Source of the DNA: Azolla caroliniana
Lineage: Eukaryota > Plantae > Polypodiophyta
DNA: 64,000 nt
Reading direction: 5' to 3'
Assembly: GCA_043228905.1 (NCBI GenBank)
Contig: JBHGNT010000005.1
Location: 22,506,001 to 22,570,000, forward strand
Shown: piece by piece, positions 11,741-23,900 of the stretch
How positions within the stretch are numbered: the stretch's first letter is position 1
Layout of the letters: each line of letters opens with the position of its first letter
Program-made: the position numbers and the translations under genes
The notes under the pieces: model-generated
Database searches by the model: none
Told to the model about the DNA's origin: nothing
What the model saw: the letters and a program-made list of their open reading frames with translations, nothing else

Positions 11741-13857
11741 TCTCGGTTATCGGAACCAAGGGAGTCGCGGTTACGCTCGTGGTTCGGCCTAACCGTCAAA
11801 AACTGGACCGAATGGCGCCCGTCCTGGCTCTTGACCCGCGCATAGGCCGAACCATTGTCCAGCACCTTGGTCTCCATTCGCGCCGCCGTGATGTACGGCT
11901 CTCCCAGTATGACCGGATGCGAAGACGTCTCCTGCACGAAGAAGTGCTGGTCAATCTCGACGTCGCCGATCTTGACTCGCACATTCGGACAGGCCCCGTG
12001 CAGTTCCTCGGTGGCGCGCGTTGCTGCCCTTATTTTCCACCCGTGCTTGGTGTTGATCGGCCATTTGCCCTTCTTATAGAAGTCCATGGACATCAAGTTG
12101 ATCTCCGATCCGTGGTCTACCAAAGCTATCACCGGATCCTGGACATCGCCGATCTTCACCGGGGTTTCCGTGGTCGCTCGGGCCCAGTGCGGTCTCGAAT
12201 AGTGGCTTTCCGCCCACTCGTCTCCCAGCGCCATGTCGTCTAGGAGCGTCGTCCGCACTTCCACCGGTCTTTCCGGTTCGGTCTCCGTTGACAGCCTCTT
12301 CCGTTTCACCAAGTCCACGATGGAGTCGTGGAACTCCTTCTTGGCGATTCCCAGCACCTCCCGTAGCGACAGCTCCACCTTGCTGTCGAGGATCCGTTCC
12401 TCCAGGACCTTTCGTAAGTCCGTGGTTCTTTCTATCTCCGTCCCCAGACGGTACCCGCCCTTCTGGGTTTTATCTTGCACACCGGCCCCGCCGGCTTCGT
12501 CCCGTCGTGGCCCGGACCGGGTCTCGTATCGTTGTGAGGGCCCGGTCGTCCCGGGTCTCCCCACCCGCTTCTCTTCTACCAGAGCCTCGTAGTTCTGGCA
12601 AGCGGCTTCCACGAAGCCCGTCCTTTCCTCGACCGGGTCGCTCCACCCGGTCATCTCCCGTACCCGTTTCTCCGCACGGTCCGATTCCTCCCCTTTTAGC
12701 CTTGCACCGGCAAGGCCTTCCAGCATCGTCGGCCAGAATCCGGCTCTGCTTTCCCTTCGGGCCTCGCCGCCCCCGACTCGAATGCCGGCCGACGCCGAGT
12801 AGTGGACGGTTTCCGCGTGTCGGGCCGCCGCCTCTTCCATCAACCTTTTCATACCACCTTTCCCGTCGTTTCGGCTCAGGGCCCTTCGGGTGTCGCTGGC
12901 ATGCACCCGTCCTTCCCACAGGTACACCACCCTGTCCCTTAGCGCCTCCGCGAAGTCGCCGCAGTCCTTCCGGATGTGGCCGACTTCATCGCACCACATG
13001 CACCTGTTTCCTGCCGCCGGCCGTCGGTCACGGGCTGGTTCGCCTCCTTCCCTTCGGGCCTGCGCGATTTGAAGGTCCTTTATCGCCTTCGTCAATTCCT
13101 CCAGCGCCGCTCCTCCGGTTGAGCCTCTGACGACGCCGGTCGAAGCCGAACCGGTTTCCAACCACTCCCGGGTCTCTTCCTTGCGCACCTGTGGCGCTGG
13201 TTCGAGCTTCCTTGCTGCGACCGAGCCCGACCCGGTCGCCCCGTTATCCGCCCATTCTCGCCGTTTGTCGAAACGGCCACAGACCTTCCTGACAGCCGCC
13301 CAGTCGGTAGTGAGCCCGTCTTCGGTTTCCAGCAAGAGGCCCACTTGCTCCCGATCCCGTTCGTCGACCGACTTGACAAACAGCAAGACCCTGCTCGTGT
13401 CCAGGACGGTTCGGTCGAGCGCCGAAAGTCGCGCAAAGTTTTCCTCGAACTCCCGGAGGAGCGCCGACGCGTTTCTTCCCTTCCCCGGGGACTCCACCCA
13501 TTCCATGAACCTTCGCTTCGAAAGCCGGAGCGCGTCGTCCAGCCCGTATTTCTCTAGGAGCCGACCTTCGAACTCCTCCCAGGTACGGCTCTCCGTCCGC
13601 ACCTCGAGCACCTCCGTATGGATGCTCGGCATCGCCACTCGGGGAAATCCGGCAAGACGCCTTTCTTCCGGAATGTCCCGCATCAGCATCTCTGCCCCGT
13701 AGGACGCCAAATACTTCGTGGCATCCTTCCCATCGAACCGGCCGATCGTGCCGACGACCGCCTCAATAGCTCTGTCGAGGGCACCGGTGCTCTCGCGCGC
13801 GTTTACGATCCGATCCACGGCCGAAGCCATGGCTTCTGCGAGATCCGACCCCCTCAT
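11731..13857 (-). CDS. gag: Gag-protease polyprotein of Gypsy B (708 aa)
   Basis: Zinc knuckle CMWCDEVGHIRKDC; aspartic protease-like LVDHGSEINLM...VILGEP. Confidence 0.9.
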   Translation of the reverse strand: MRGSDLAEAMASAVDRIVNARESTGALDRAIEAVVGTIGRFDGKDATKYLASYGAEMLMRDIPEERRLAGFPRVAMPSIHTEVLEVRTESRTWEEFEGRLLEKYGLDDALRLSKRRFMEWVESPGKGRNASALLREFEENFARLSALDRTVLDTSRVLLFVKSVDERDREQVGLLLETEDGLTTDWAAVRKVCGRFDKRREWADNGATGSGSVAARKLEPAPQVRKEETREWLETGSASTGVVRGSTGGAALEELTKAIKDLQIAQARREGGEPARDRRPAAGNRCMWCDEVGHIRKDCGDFAEALRDRVVYLWEGRVHASDTRRALSRNDGKGGMKRLMEEAAARHAETVHYSASAGIRVGGGEARRESRAGFWPTMLEGLAGARLKGEESDRAEKRVREMTGWSDPVEERTGFVEAACQNYEALVEEKRVGRPGTTGPSQRYETRSGPRRDEAGGAGVQDKTQKGGYRLGTEIERTTDLRKVLEERILDSKVELSLREVLGIAKKEFHDSIVDLVKRKRLSTETEPERPVEVRTTLLDDMALGDEWAESHYSRPHWARATTETPVKIGDVQDPVIALVDHGSEINLMSMDFYKKGKWPINTKHGWKIRAATRATEELHGACPNVRVKIGDVEIDQHFFVQETSSHPVILGEPYITAARMETKVLDNGSAYARVKSQDGRHSVQFLTVRPNHERNRDSLGSDNREDF

Positions 13858-15477
13858 TTCCTACTCTTTTGCCGCCTCTTTCACGTCGGGTTCACCAAGA
13901 TGTCGGGGTTACTACGCCCTTGCGTGGAGAAAGGAGGAGGGACCACGGGGGTCTTGAACCGAAGAGCAAGAGAGAGAGGAGTAAGAGGGACCCGATTACA
14001 CAGAGCCGAAGATTGCAGGGGGACACGGCCCAACAAACAGAGATCGCAAATAAACGCTGACGCAGATGGACGCAACAACGAAAGATATATACTTATGAAT
14101 GCAAGAAAATAACAGACTAAAGTATTACAACCCACGGTGGGGCACGGAATAGATGCTAACGAAACGAACAGTGCGGCGAACAGATGCCGACCCCTGTATG
14201 ACGCGACGCACAGAAAAAGGGAAACAGGTCGGAGGTGCTGCCGGACGCACTCGGGCGTTCCACGGAACAGCGCAAGCCTCCTCGGAACCTGCACAGGTAC
14301 GCGATGGAGCAGAAGACAGAGGAAGCAGGAGTGAGAGAGGAGCTCCGAAATCGGTTCAGCAGCACTTCGTCCTCTCCGCGCGAGATACCTGCAACAGCTC
14401 TTTCTTGCCCCTTATATAGCCCGACGAGCAGGCCGTCCTATCAGTTTTATTCCCTGTCCCTTTTGGACAGGGATCCGCTCCGTTTTTCACGCATCCTCGT
14501 AGTTACGCCGCCGACTCGTACTGTTCGCGCGCGCGACCGAAAAGACTGTTCGCGCGGTCTTTGTCTCCACCCGAGTTAGGGCCTTTCCTGCCGATTATCC
14601 TCCTAATTCGCTTTTATGTACAACTTGGAGCTTGCGCGCGTGAAGAGCCGGTTCCCACGCCTAGGTGCGCCGATTCCGCCTATGGACGGTTTTCTTCACG
14701 ACACCGTCCGGTTCTTGTCCGGGCCCGTTCGTCCTTCTAACTCTCGACCTTTTCCGCATGCCGAGAGGGTAGTTTACTCCGCACCCTCTCCCGTGGTACC
14801 AATGTACCGTGTCCTCGGCCTCTTCGTAGGCCTGCTCTCTTCCTCCCTCCCGGAATGGTCATCCGGGAGTCCGCTCCGTCCGGTTCTTGTCCAGGCCCGT
14901 TCGTCCTTCTAACTCTCGACCTTCGCCCGGTCGGTCTTTCTCCCCATGTAAAAGAGGGCGGCTCGTCCTGCACCCTCTCCCGTATCGGCACCTTTATGCC
15001 GAATCCGGCCCCAATCGAACAATCCACGACCGGATCACGCTCCACCCGTATCGGAGCGTCGTGTGGTTCCGTCCCCGGTCGGGTCGTTCTTTGGTCTCCT
15101 CGTCGACCCCTTCGCTAGCCATCTCCCATCCATCTTCGCTAGCATCGTGCTAGGACTCCTTCGTACCGCTATCCATCTCCTCAGTCTTACATGGGCATAC
15201 GGGCCCGACTGCCAAGCTCTCCGGAATCGGGTCCGTGGGCTTTTGTCCGCTCCTTCCCCGTATCGTCTCGTCGGTGATTCTTGGCCCTTCGCCGCTGCCT
15301 TCCTTCGCTTGGGAGTCACGTGGGCACTCGGGCCTGACTGCCATCGTCTCGGGAGCAAGTGTGGGAAGACACAAGGAATCGCCCATCCGTTTTACGCCCT
15401 TGTCCGTAGCCACCGACTCTCCGTGGTCGGTGGTCGACTTCTTACCGATCGCGCAAGCCCCGTCTGGGCTTGCTTCT

Positions 15478-16451
15478 TCAATGACCGGGATCTCGGGCTG
15501 ACACGCCCGAAACCGTTGGTCCCAACGTTCCGGTTCCGTGATCTGTATCTCGGCCTCGTCCTTGGCCGTTCTCTCTCCGCAAGTCGAGAGGGCGTTTTGT
15601 TCCGCACCCTCTCCCGTGGTACCGTGGTACCGTGGTACCGATCTTCCGCCGTCGCGTGGGGCAAGTCCGTCTCCTTGGTCTCGGCTTCCAGCCTCGATCT
15701 TCCTTCTTCCTCGAGCATCGCTTTGAGAGCTTCGTACGCCTCCGCAATCCTGGCCCCAACGCCGATCCTTGCCAACTCCCCTTTCCGTTCAGCCTCTTCC
15801 CGTTGTGATGGCACGCCGTCGCGTACCTTCCTCTAGCCTTCTTGGGTCGCTCGTTGTCTAGCCGTTGGCACACCCTTCCGACCTTTGCCCAGTCCTCCGT
15901 AAGCCCATTCGCTCCATCATCGTCCTCGAGTTCAATCCCGATGGCTTCCCGTTCCGCTCGGTCGATCGACCTGACGAACAATAGGACCTTGTTCGCCCCC
16001 ACCAAACTTTGTTCCCGCTCCGGGAGCCGAGAAAGCCGCCACTCGAACTCTCGGAACGCTTTCGTTGCACCCCGGTGGGTTTTTGCCGTTGCTACCCACT
16101 GGTCGAAATCGTGTCGTCCCCGGCTCTTTCGCCGTCCTCCGTATGCCTTCAAGAGCGCCTCTTCGAAGGCCTCCCACGAACTATGAGCCTCACGGAGCTC
16201 CTTCACTTCTGCATGCATCCGGACAGCTACAACCTGACGGAAAAACTCTAGCCTCAGTCTACGCCACGCTCCTCCATTTCTGCGTTGTAGGCTTCTAGGT
16301 AAGATGGGACTTTGTCCCCGTTGAAACGGCCGACTCTTTCGACCACTCGCTCAACTGCTTGTTGCACTGCTTCTCGCCTCATCACCACTCGTGCCGACTC
16401 CAACACCACTTCGGCCACCATCTCCGCAAGGTCGTCGTCTTCCGACTCCAT
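15478..16451 (-). pseudogene. Degenerate gag of A2
   Basis: VERVGRFNGDKVPSYLEAYNAEM and KVLLFVRSIDRAERE..GLTEDW are similar to B gag. Confidence 0.8.
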
Positions 16452-17254
16452 CCTCCCTTGCCGCCTTTCACGTCGGGTTCACCAAATATGTCGCGTTGTT
16501 ACGTGCGTGTGTGGAGAAAGGCGGGACCACGGGGGTCTTGGATGAGAGAGTGATGGAGCGTAGGGAGTCGTGCTTCACTGTTTCTGGGGCATCCCAGAAA
16601 CACACCGGAAGCAACCGAAGGGAGAGAGAGAGAGAGAGAGAGCGTGCTTAACACCGACTCACGCACACACACACACACGCACACGCAGCTCAACCCGACT
16701 CACGCCTTATGTACAAAAAACGCAGGAGAGGGTAAGCACCCGACGCCAACAACGACGCGAATATACATAGACAAACATAAACGTATATGTATGTATATAT
16801 ATATGAATAATACATTCCCGGCTTCGAGCCGGACTGAGGTAGGTTACAGTAGTCATCTGCTGCCAAGCCGCCGTCGGGGATCTCTCAGCTCGTCGCGCCG
16901 AGCGAGGTCTTGCACAAGAGGCCTAACCAAAGCAAACCCTAAGCAAAACACAAAGGAGAGAGAAGAAGAACCTAACTCTAAACCTAACGGTATACCCTCT
17001 AATGACAAATGGGCAACCCTTACACAAAGGGCGTTCCCTTCCTTTTATAGAACAAGGAAGGGGATGCGTTACAATGTGGGACAATCCCAACTTACATGGG
17101 ATCGTCTGTCCCCGACTTGACTACTCTTCGGCGCCATAAAGGCGCCCTCGATATTCACACTAAATGTACACAGGTGCGTACACACGCAGCACCCCGCCGA
17201 TGTAGCCAATGTTTCCCGGTTTCTGCCTCTGGCCGAAATTCTTCACGACAACGT

Positions 17255-19336
17255 AATGGAGCTGAATATCTGAACATGTGATAGGTCCGGCTTCTTTCCG
17301 AAGAACTTCTCGTGCGGAGTAAGTTCGTGCACACCCGATGTCGTACATCGATTCATGAGATAGACGACTGTGTTAGTTGCTTCCGCCCAATACGATTTCG
17401 GCATGTGCTTTTCATTAAGCATAGCCTGTGCCACTTCGAGGATGTGCCGATTCTTGCGTTCAGCCACTCCGTTTTGTTGCGGCGTATGTCGACACGAAAA
17501 CTCTTGCCGTAGAAATGCCGAAAATTCGTCAGAGAAGTACTCATTGCCTCTATCCGACCGAAGACATCGTACATGTCGGCCCATGGCTTTCTCGACTTCA
17601 TTCTTAAATTTTTGGAAGTGTCCGAACACTTCGCTCTTTTGTCTCATCGGGTAGATCCAAGTGTGCCTAGAGAAGTCGTCAATGAAGGTCACGTAGTATC
17701 GGCATCCGCCGAATGTCTCCATTTGAGCCGGACCCCATACATCGGAATGAATTACGTCGAGTACGCCTTTGCTCACGTTCCACTCCTTCGGAAATGGGGG
17801 CCGATGTTGCTTGCCGAATTGGCAAGCGGCACACACGCTTTCAATCTCTTTCTCCGGGAGTGTCGGGAGCCCGATGACGACTCCTTTTGATTGCATTGCC
17901 TTGAGCTTTTGGAGATTTATATGGCCAATCCGCTTGTGCCATAACATGGCCGATTTCACGCTCTTCGCGAACATGGCTGATTTTATCTCATGTGAGTCGA
18001 GAATGAACATTCGGCCCTCTCTTCATCCGCGAGCAATGAGTCAGCCCTCTTTTTCGATGAAGCAACCGCCTTGATTAAATCGTACTTGCATTCCTTGCTC
18101 TACAATTTGGCAGACGGAGACCAAATTCTTTGTGATAGTTGGTACATTCAAGACATTTGTAATATAAGTTTGCTTAACTTCTTCTCCGAACGGAACATTG
18201 CCGATGTGCCGAATCAGGTGCGTAGTGTCGTCTCTAGTTTCGACATAGCCGGGTCGGTCCAGCTCTCGAAGTTCTCAAAACCATTCTTGATGCAACGTCA
18301 TATGGTTCGAGGCACCGGAATCGACGAACCATACGTCTTCCGGACTGGAGGCACTAGTGGAAGTAGAGGCCGACATAGAATTCGCTCTATGTCTCATCAC
18401 GAACATTCCGCTGCGATCATCATAATCGGACTTGATGGCGTAGTTGGTGAGTTGTCGGCTAGTGGAAGCCGACTCGCATATCTTCTTATGGCATTCTTCT
18501 TCGTGGTGACAGATTTTTCCACAATATCCGCATTCGACCAAGCTTTGTCGGTTCAGACCGAAATGGAAGCTCCCCCTTCTTCTGAAGGTTCCTCGATGGC
18601 TTTCGTCTTGATGCTGAAATTGCGAGTTGTTTTCGTAAATCGGGCCTTGTCCGCCTCGTCCGCCACGTCCTTGGCCGAATCGGCCTCTTCTTGCATGGTT
18701 GCGTCCTCTTCCTCCATCCCAATGCGTGTAGAGCATTTGGTCTTCTGAGGCGTTGTTCCTTGTTCGAACATGATTCTCTTCAACCAACAACATGGATTGA
18801 AGATCGAAGAAAGAGGGTGGATTCTCCCGTGCTAGTACAGCGGTCCGCATCGCGCCGAATCGTGGTGCAAGGCCGCCAAGGCATATTTGCACCATCTCGT
18901 CATCCTCCACGTTTACGCTTATTGAGCCAAGCGAGTCGCAAAGCTCCTTGATCCTTAAAGTGTAGCTTGTGACAGACATATCCCTTTGTTGGATATTATT
19001 CAACTCTTGGCGGAGTTGAAGCTTCCTCGCGGTCGTGTTGGCGGTGAAAATCTTTCGTAGATTCGCCCATGCTTCCTTCGGCGTCTTGGTTTCTCGAATG
19101 TACCCGAGCTTGTGGTCGCGAACACATGTCTCCAAGGAATACATCACTCGGCTTGCCGCTTGCTCCCACGTTGCATAGTCGGCGTCTTCCGGGTTGGGCC
19201 GATTTTCTTGTGCTCCTTTGATGTAGCTCCAATAGCCTTGGCCGACAAGGTATTGGTGCATCTTGTACTCCCAAGATGCAAAGTTGTTGTGATCCAACTT
19301 CTCGCTAGGGAGAGAGCTCCCCATTTGAGTATTCAT
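17255..19336 (-). pseudogene. Copia A gag, protease, GAG-pre-integrase and integrase core
   Basis: ORFs 18275-19336 (CGYCGKICHHEEEC, WFVDSGASNHMT) and 17243-18010 (LWHKRIGH, HSDVWGP, TPQQNGVAERKNR). Confidence 0.9.
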
Positions 19337-19535
19337 TGTCGATGTAGATTTCTTCCTTCTTTTATTTTCCTTCTGTCTCGAACACGAGCTATGTAGTCAC
19401 ACTACAATAGCAATGAGCCGGTTCTTCTTGAACGTCAGCGTAGAGCACAACACACGATCACGATGAGGCGAGTGGGCTAGATCGAGCTACCAAATCGCCT
19501 TGATACCATGTAAAGAATCGGGTATGATTCTTGTG

Positions 19536-19770
19536 GGCGAAACTAGTTTGCTCATGACCATATCCCCATGTAATTTCTTTTCAATCTTAATGATAATTAG
19601 TAATAGCTTTGCTCTTAATCACTCTCTCTCTCTCTCTCTCTTAACATGTTAGTAAAATTTGTTTTAGTCTTTTTAATTAATACTTAATGGCTAGCCCTCT
19701 CTCCCTTTCTCATTATATTTTTAGTTATATTTAAGTTTTAATCGCTATAATAATTTAAGTTATCAAGGTT

Positions 19771-19815
<45 letters not shown>

Positions 19816-19886
19816 GCTCTCCAAGCCGTTCCCCGATGATACACCATTCGCACTCCTTGTCGACAATCGTATGATCAACAAAACTC
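19536..19886. mobile_element. 351-bp AT/CT-rich insertion in the Copia A 5' LTR, class unknown
   Basis: Absent from the 3' LTR; flanked by the direct repeat ATGATTCTTGTG (19524-19535, 19887-19898); no convincing TIR. Confidence 0.65.
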
Positions 19887-20119
19887 ATGATTCTTGTGTA
19901 GTGGAAGAGATGTGTGTTATGTGTATGTGTGAGAGGAATTAGAGAAGAGATGAGAGAACACTAGATAGATAGACAAGAGAAATCAAATACTCAAGAAGAA
20001 GGTGTATATTTCACAAGTAGAATAAGAATTACAAAATGTAGCATGATCAGGAGTCACAACTGACCTAGTATGAAGTATGAGGAGGGTGTGTTCACAAGTT
20101 TGTTGGGAGACAGTTCCCT

Positions 20120-20495
20120 CCGGATGGGGAGTACCCGGCTATGGAGAGCCGGATGGTGCAGACCCGGTGAGAACCGGATGAGGAGTACCCGGCTACGGAG
20201 AGCCGGATGGCGCAGACCCGGTGAGAACCGGATGAGGAGTACCCGGCTACGGAGAGCCGGATGGCGCAGACCCGGTGAGAACCGAATGAGGAGTACCCGG
20301 CTACGGAGAGCCGGATGACGCAGACCCGGTGAGAACCGGATGAGGAGTACCCGGCTACGGAGAGCCGGATGACGCAGACCCAGTGAGAACCGGATGAGGA
20401 GTACCCGGCTACGGAGAGCCGGATGGCGCAGACCCGGTGAGAACCGAATGAGGAGTACCCGGCTACGGAGAGCCGGATGGCGCAGACCCGGTGAG
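20120..20495. repeat. 54-bp tandem array (7 copies) in the 5' LTR of Copia F
   Basis: GTACCCGGCT recurs at 20131, 20185 ... 20455. Confidence 0.9.
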
Positions 20496-20997
20496 GAATG
20501 CCGAAACCGGATGAAGAGACATATTCGTAAATATGTTTCTGAGAGTCCATCGAGGCTATATTTGTAAATAGCCGAAAAGTCATATTAGTAGAAATATGAC
20601 TTAGGGCAAACTTTTATTTATGATTGTTGTCATTTCTTGTTGGTGCAAGAAGAAGAGAGAGCGCGTAACTGTGTACAGAGAGAGAGAGAGAAAGAAAGAG
20701 GTCGTTGCCTCTGTTGTAACCGCCGCCTGTGGCGAAGATTGTGAGCATGAGGTCGTTGCCTTCGTGAACTCACTGTTGTACATTCTAACATAGTGATAGT
20801 TTGCAGCCTGTGGGCTGCCGTAGTTTTTCCCTTAGTTTGGGTTTTCCATGTAAACATCCTGCGTACTCTTCTCTTCTTCGTGTCGTGCTTGATTTCCCGT
20901 TTTCTGTGTATGATTTTAAGCTTGGTTGTGGCCGAGCGTTGCGTATAGGGAGTGTGTTGTTCCCTTCAAGTGGTATCAGAGCAAAACGACACAGAAA

Positions 20998-23900
20998 ATG
21001 GACGAATCGTTTGGCGGCATGTTCAAGCTCACCGGCTCCAACTATTCAGTGTGGAAGTCGAAGATGAGGGACATGCTCGTGGTTAAAGACCTCTGGTTGC
21101 CGGTTCAGTTCGGGGACAAGAGACCGGACAAAATCGACGCCGCGATATGGGAGGTGATGCACATGAAGACAACGGCGTACATACGGTGCTTCATGGACAT
21201 GAGCCTGTACAACAACTTCAATGAAGAGAGCAAGGCTCATGAGCTCTAAGAGAAGATCGGCATAATGTTCCAAAACAAAAATGTTGTTAATCAGGTTTCG
21301 GTATTCCGGAAGCTAGTAAGACTCCAGTACCAAGATGGCTCCAGCATGGCGGAGCACATGAATGCCTTCCAGGGGCTGATCCACCAGGCAACCTCATTGG
21401 AAGTACCTCTCGCCGATGAGGTACTAGCGCTACTCCTGCTCGGTTCCCTCCCGGATAGCTGGGAGACGTTGGTTGTCACTTTGGGCAACGCCGGGCCGGA
21501 AGGAAAACGGTTATCCCTAGCAAGAGTAAAGTCGAGCTTGCTAGATGAGGAGGCGCGTCGAAAAGATAAAGATTCGAGCTCCGACTCCAAAGCGCTACTT
21601 ACCGAATCGGAACGCGGAAGACAAAGAAATCATAGTCCTTAGAACCGGGAAAAGTCGGGGACACGGTCAAAGTCAAGGGGGAGACCTACTTGCTTCTATT
21701 GCGGCAAGCCGGGACACTTCCAGAAGAACTGTCGGCATTTCCAAAAGGACAAGGAAACCGACGGTACCGATTCGAAGCAGATACCGGACCAGAACGGTAA
21801 AGACCGGAGGGGACCGGACCGGAAGGGGACAACGGCAATCGCGGCAAGTGAAGAAGAGTTGATGCTCATCACCGAGGAGAGTGAGATAAACCTTGCCGGT
21901 GACGAGATGACCTGGGTGGTAGACTCCGGAGCGTCGTTCCACCTTACCCCGGACCGGAAATGCTTCTTATCCTACTTAGCCGGTGATCACGGCTGTGTCC
22001 GGATGGGGAATGAAGGTACATGCCGAATTGTCGACATAGGAGACGTGTGGTTGTCGACACCAACCGGATGCAAGTTGCTGTTGAAGGATGTCTGACACGT
22101 TCCAGAGGTTCGACTGAACCTGATATCAGCCGGTCGGCTAGATGATGAGGGCTACACAGGTAGCATCCGGAACGGTGTCATGAAGTTCAGCAAGAGGAGC
22201 CTGATTGTGGCTCGGGCCCGGAAGGTCAACACTCTGTACCTGATGAATGCCTAGTTATGTCCGGAAGAAGTGAACGTGGCATCCGACACTGCCGGTGAGC
22301 TGTGGCACAAGAGGTTGTGTCACATGAGCGAGAAGGGGATGAAGAGGCTTGCAGAAGACAACCCCATTCCAGTGAAGAACGTGCACTTGGACAAGTGCAC
22401 TGATTGTCTGGCCGGTAAGCAAAACCGGATCTCCTTCCAACCAAGGCCATCGATGAGACGTAATGCACCACTGGAGTTGGTGCATACTGATGTGTGTCAA
22501 GTAGACACGAAGTCACATGCCGGAGCGCAGTACTTCGTGACGTTCATAGATGACCACAACCGGAAGCTGTGGGCCACACCGTTGAAGACGAAGGATCGGG
22601 TGTTATCCGTCTTCAAAGAGCTCCACACGAGAGTGGAAAGAGAAACCGGTCGGAAGCTGATGGCGGTTCGAGCAGATAATGGAGGTGAATACCGGGGGCA
22701 GTTCGAGAAGTACTGTCGCTCGAAGGGAATCCGGCTCAAATTTACCGTGCCGAAGACGCCGGAACTAAACGGACTGGCTGAGAGGATGAACCGAACCATA
22801 ATGGAGAGGGTCCGGAGTAGGCTAGCGCATGCAAAACTACCCAAGAAGTTTTGGGCTGAGGAACTGTCGACGGCGACATATGTGATAAACAAATCACCCT
22901 CAGTACCCTTGGACGGAGACATGCCACAGATTGTATGGACTGGTAAGGAAGTGTCCTACCGGCATCTGAAGGTGTTCGGGTGTCTCACGTACGTGCATGT
23001 AGCTAAGGACCGGAGAGGAAAGTTAGATCCAAAGACCCGGCCATGCATATTCCTCGGTTACGGTGACGATGAGTTCGGCTACCGAGTGTGGGACCTGGTC
23101 GACAGGAAGGTATTCCGGAGTCGAGATATTATCTTCATGGAGGACAAGACGCTCGCCGACTGGGAGTCGGAGAAGAAGATAGTGAACTCCGAGTCGACCG
23201 GTAAGGATAGACTCTACGATGAGCAGACCCAACCGGCAAGAGACCGGTTAGCACTCGAGGAACCAGCCGGTTACGGTGAGGATACCGAACCGGCAGAAGA
23301 AGAAGTAGAGGAAGCTGAGACCGGAACCGGCCAAGACCCCGAATTGGATTCGGATGAAGAGAAAATGGAGGAACCGGTTACCGAAGCCCGAAGACGGAGA
23401 TATCCTCTCAGAGAGAGAAGGGCCCCCCGGAGATTTCCGGATGCAGAGCATGTTCTGCTGACCGATGAGGGGGAGCCGAAAAGCTTCGAAGAAGAGAAGG
23501 ATGACACCCACAACCGCAAATGGTTAAGTGCCATGCAGGATGAGATGGATTCCCTGCATGAGAACCATACGTACGAATTGGTGGAGTTGCCGAAAGGAAA
23601 GCGGGCTCTCCGAAACAAGTGGGTGTACAAGTTGAAACCGGGAGATGCCGGCAACCCCCCGAGATACAAAGCCAGGATCATGGTGAAGGGGTTCCAACAG
23701 AAAAAGGGCGTGGACTTTGACGAGATATTTGCCCCGGTTCTAAAGATGACCTCCATCCAGTCTCAACTGGAAGGCAAGCATGAACCTTGAGGTAGAGCAG
23801 CTGGACGTGAAGACAACATTCCTTCACGGCGACCTCGAAGAGGAGATCTACTTGCAACAACCAGAAGGATTCGTGGAGAAAGGGAAGGAGCACCTGGTAT

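Larger units (their letters stand above)
7378..14703 (-). mobile_element. Intact young autonomous Ty3/Gypsy element B (no chromodomain seen); LTRs 7378-8180 and 13901-14703 (803 bp each)
   Basis: Near-identical LTRs (one difference spotted); TSD CCGT; tRNA-Trp PBS ~13879-13896; PPT ~8181-8192; open gag-PR and pol frames. Confidence 0.95.
5006..17250 (-). mobile_element. Non-autonomous gag-only Gypsy element A2 (TR-GAG/LARD-like); LTRs 5006-5774 and 16489-17250
   Basis: Paired LTRs; 4-bp TSD ACGT whose removal restores Copia codons SITYVHIP; tRNA-Trp PBS ~16467-16484; gag fragments 15478-16451; no pol motifs of its own. Confidence 0.9.

Noticed and set aside
8305-13702. Many overlapping and antisense ORFs over Gypsy B
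   Set aside because: Shadow frames of GC-rich gag/pol with no recognisable motifs
20092-20583. Repeat-protein ORFs (also 25005-25604 and 32796-33492)
   Set aside because: By-products of tandem repeats in LTR or subterminal DNA; no coding evidence
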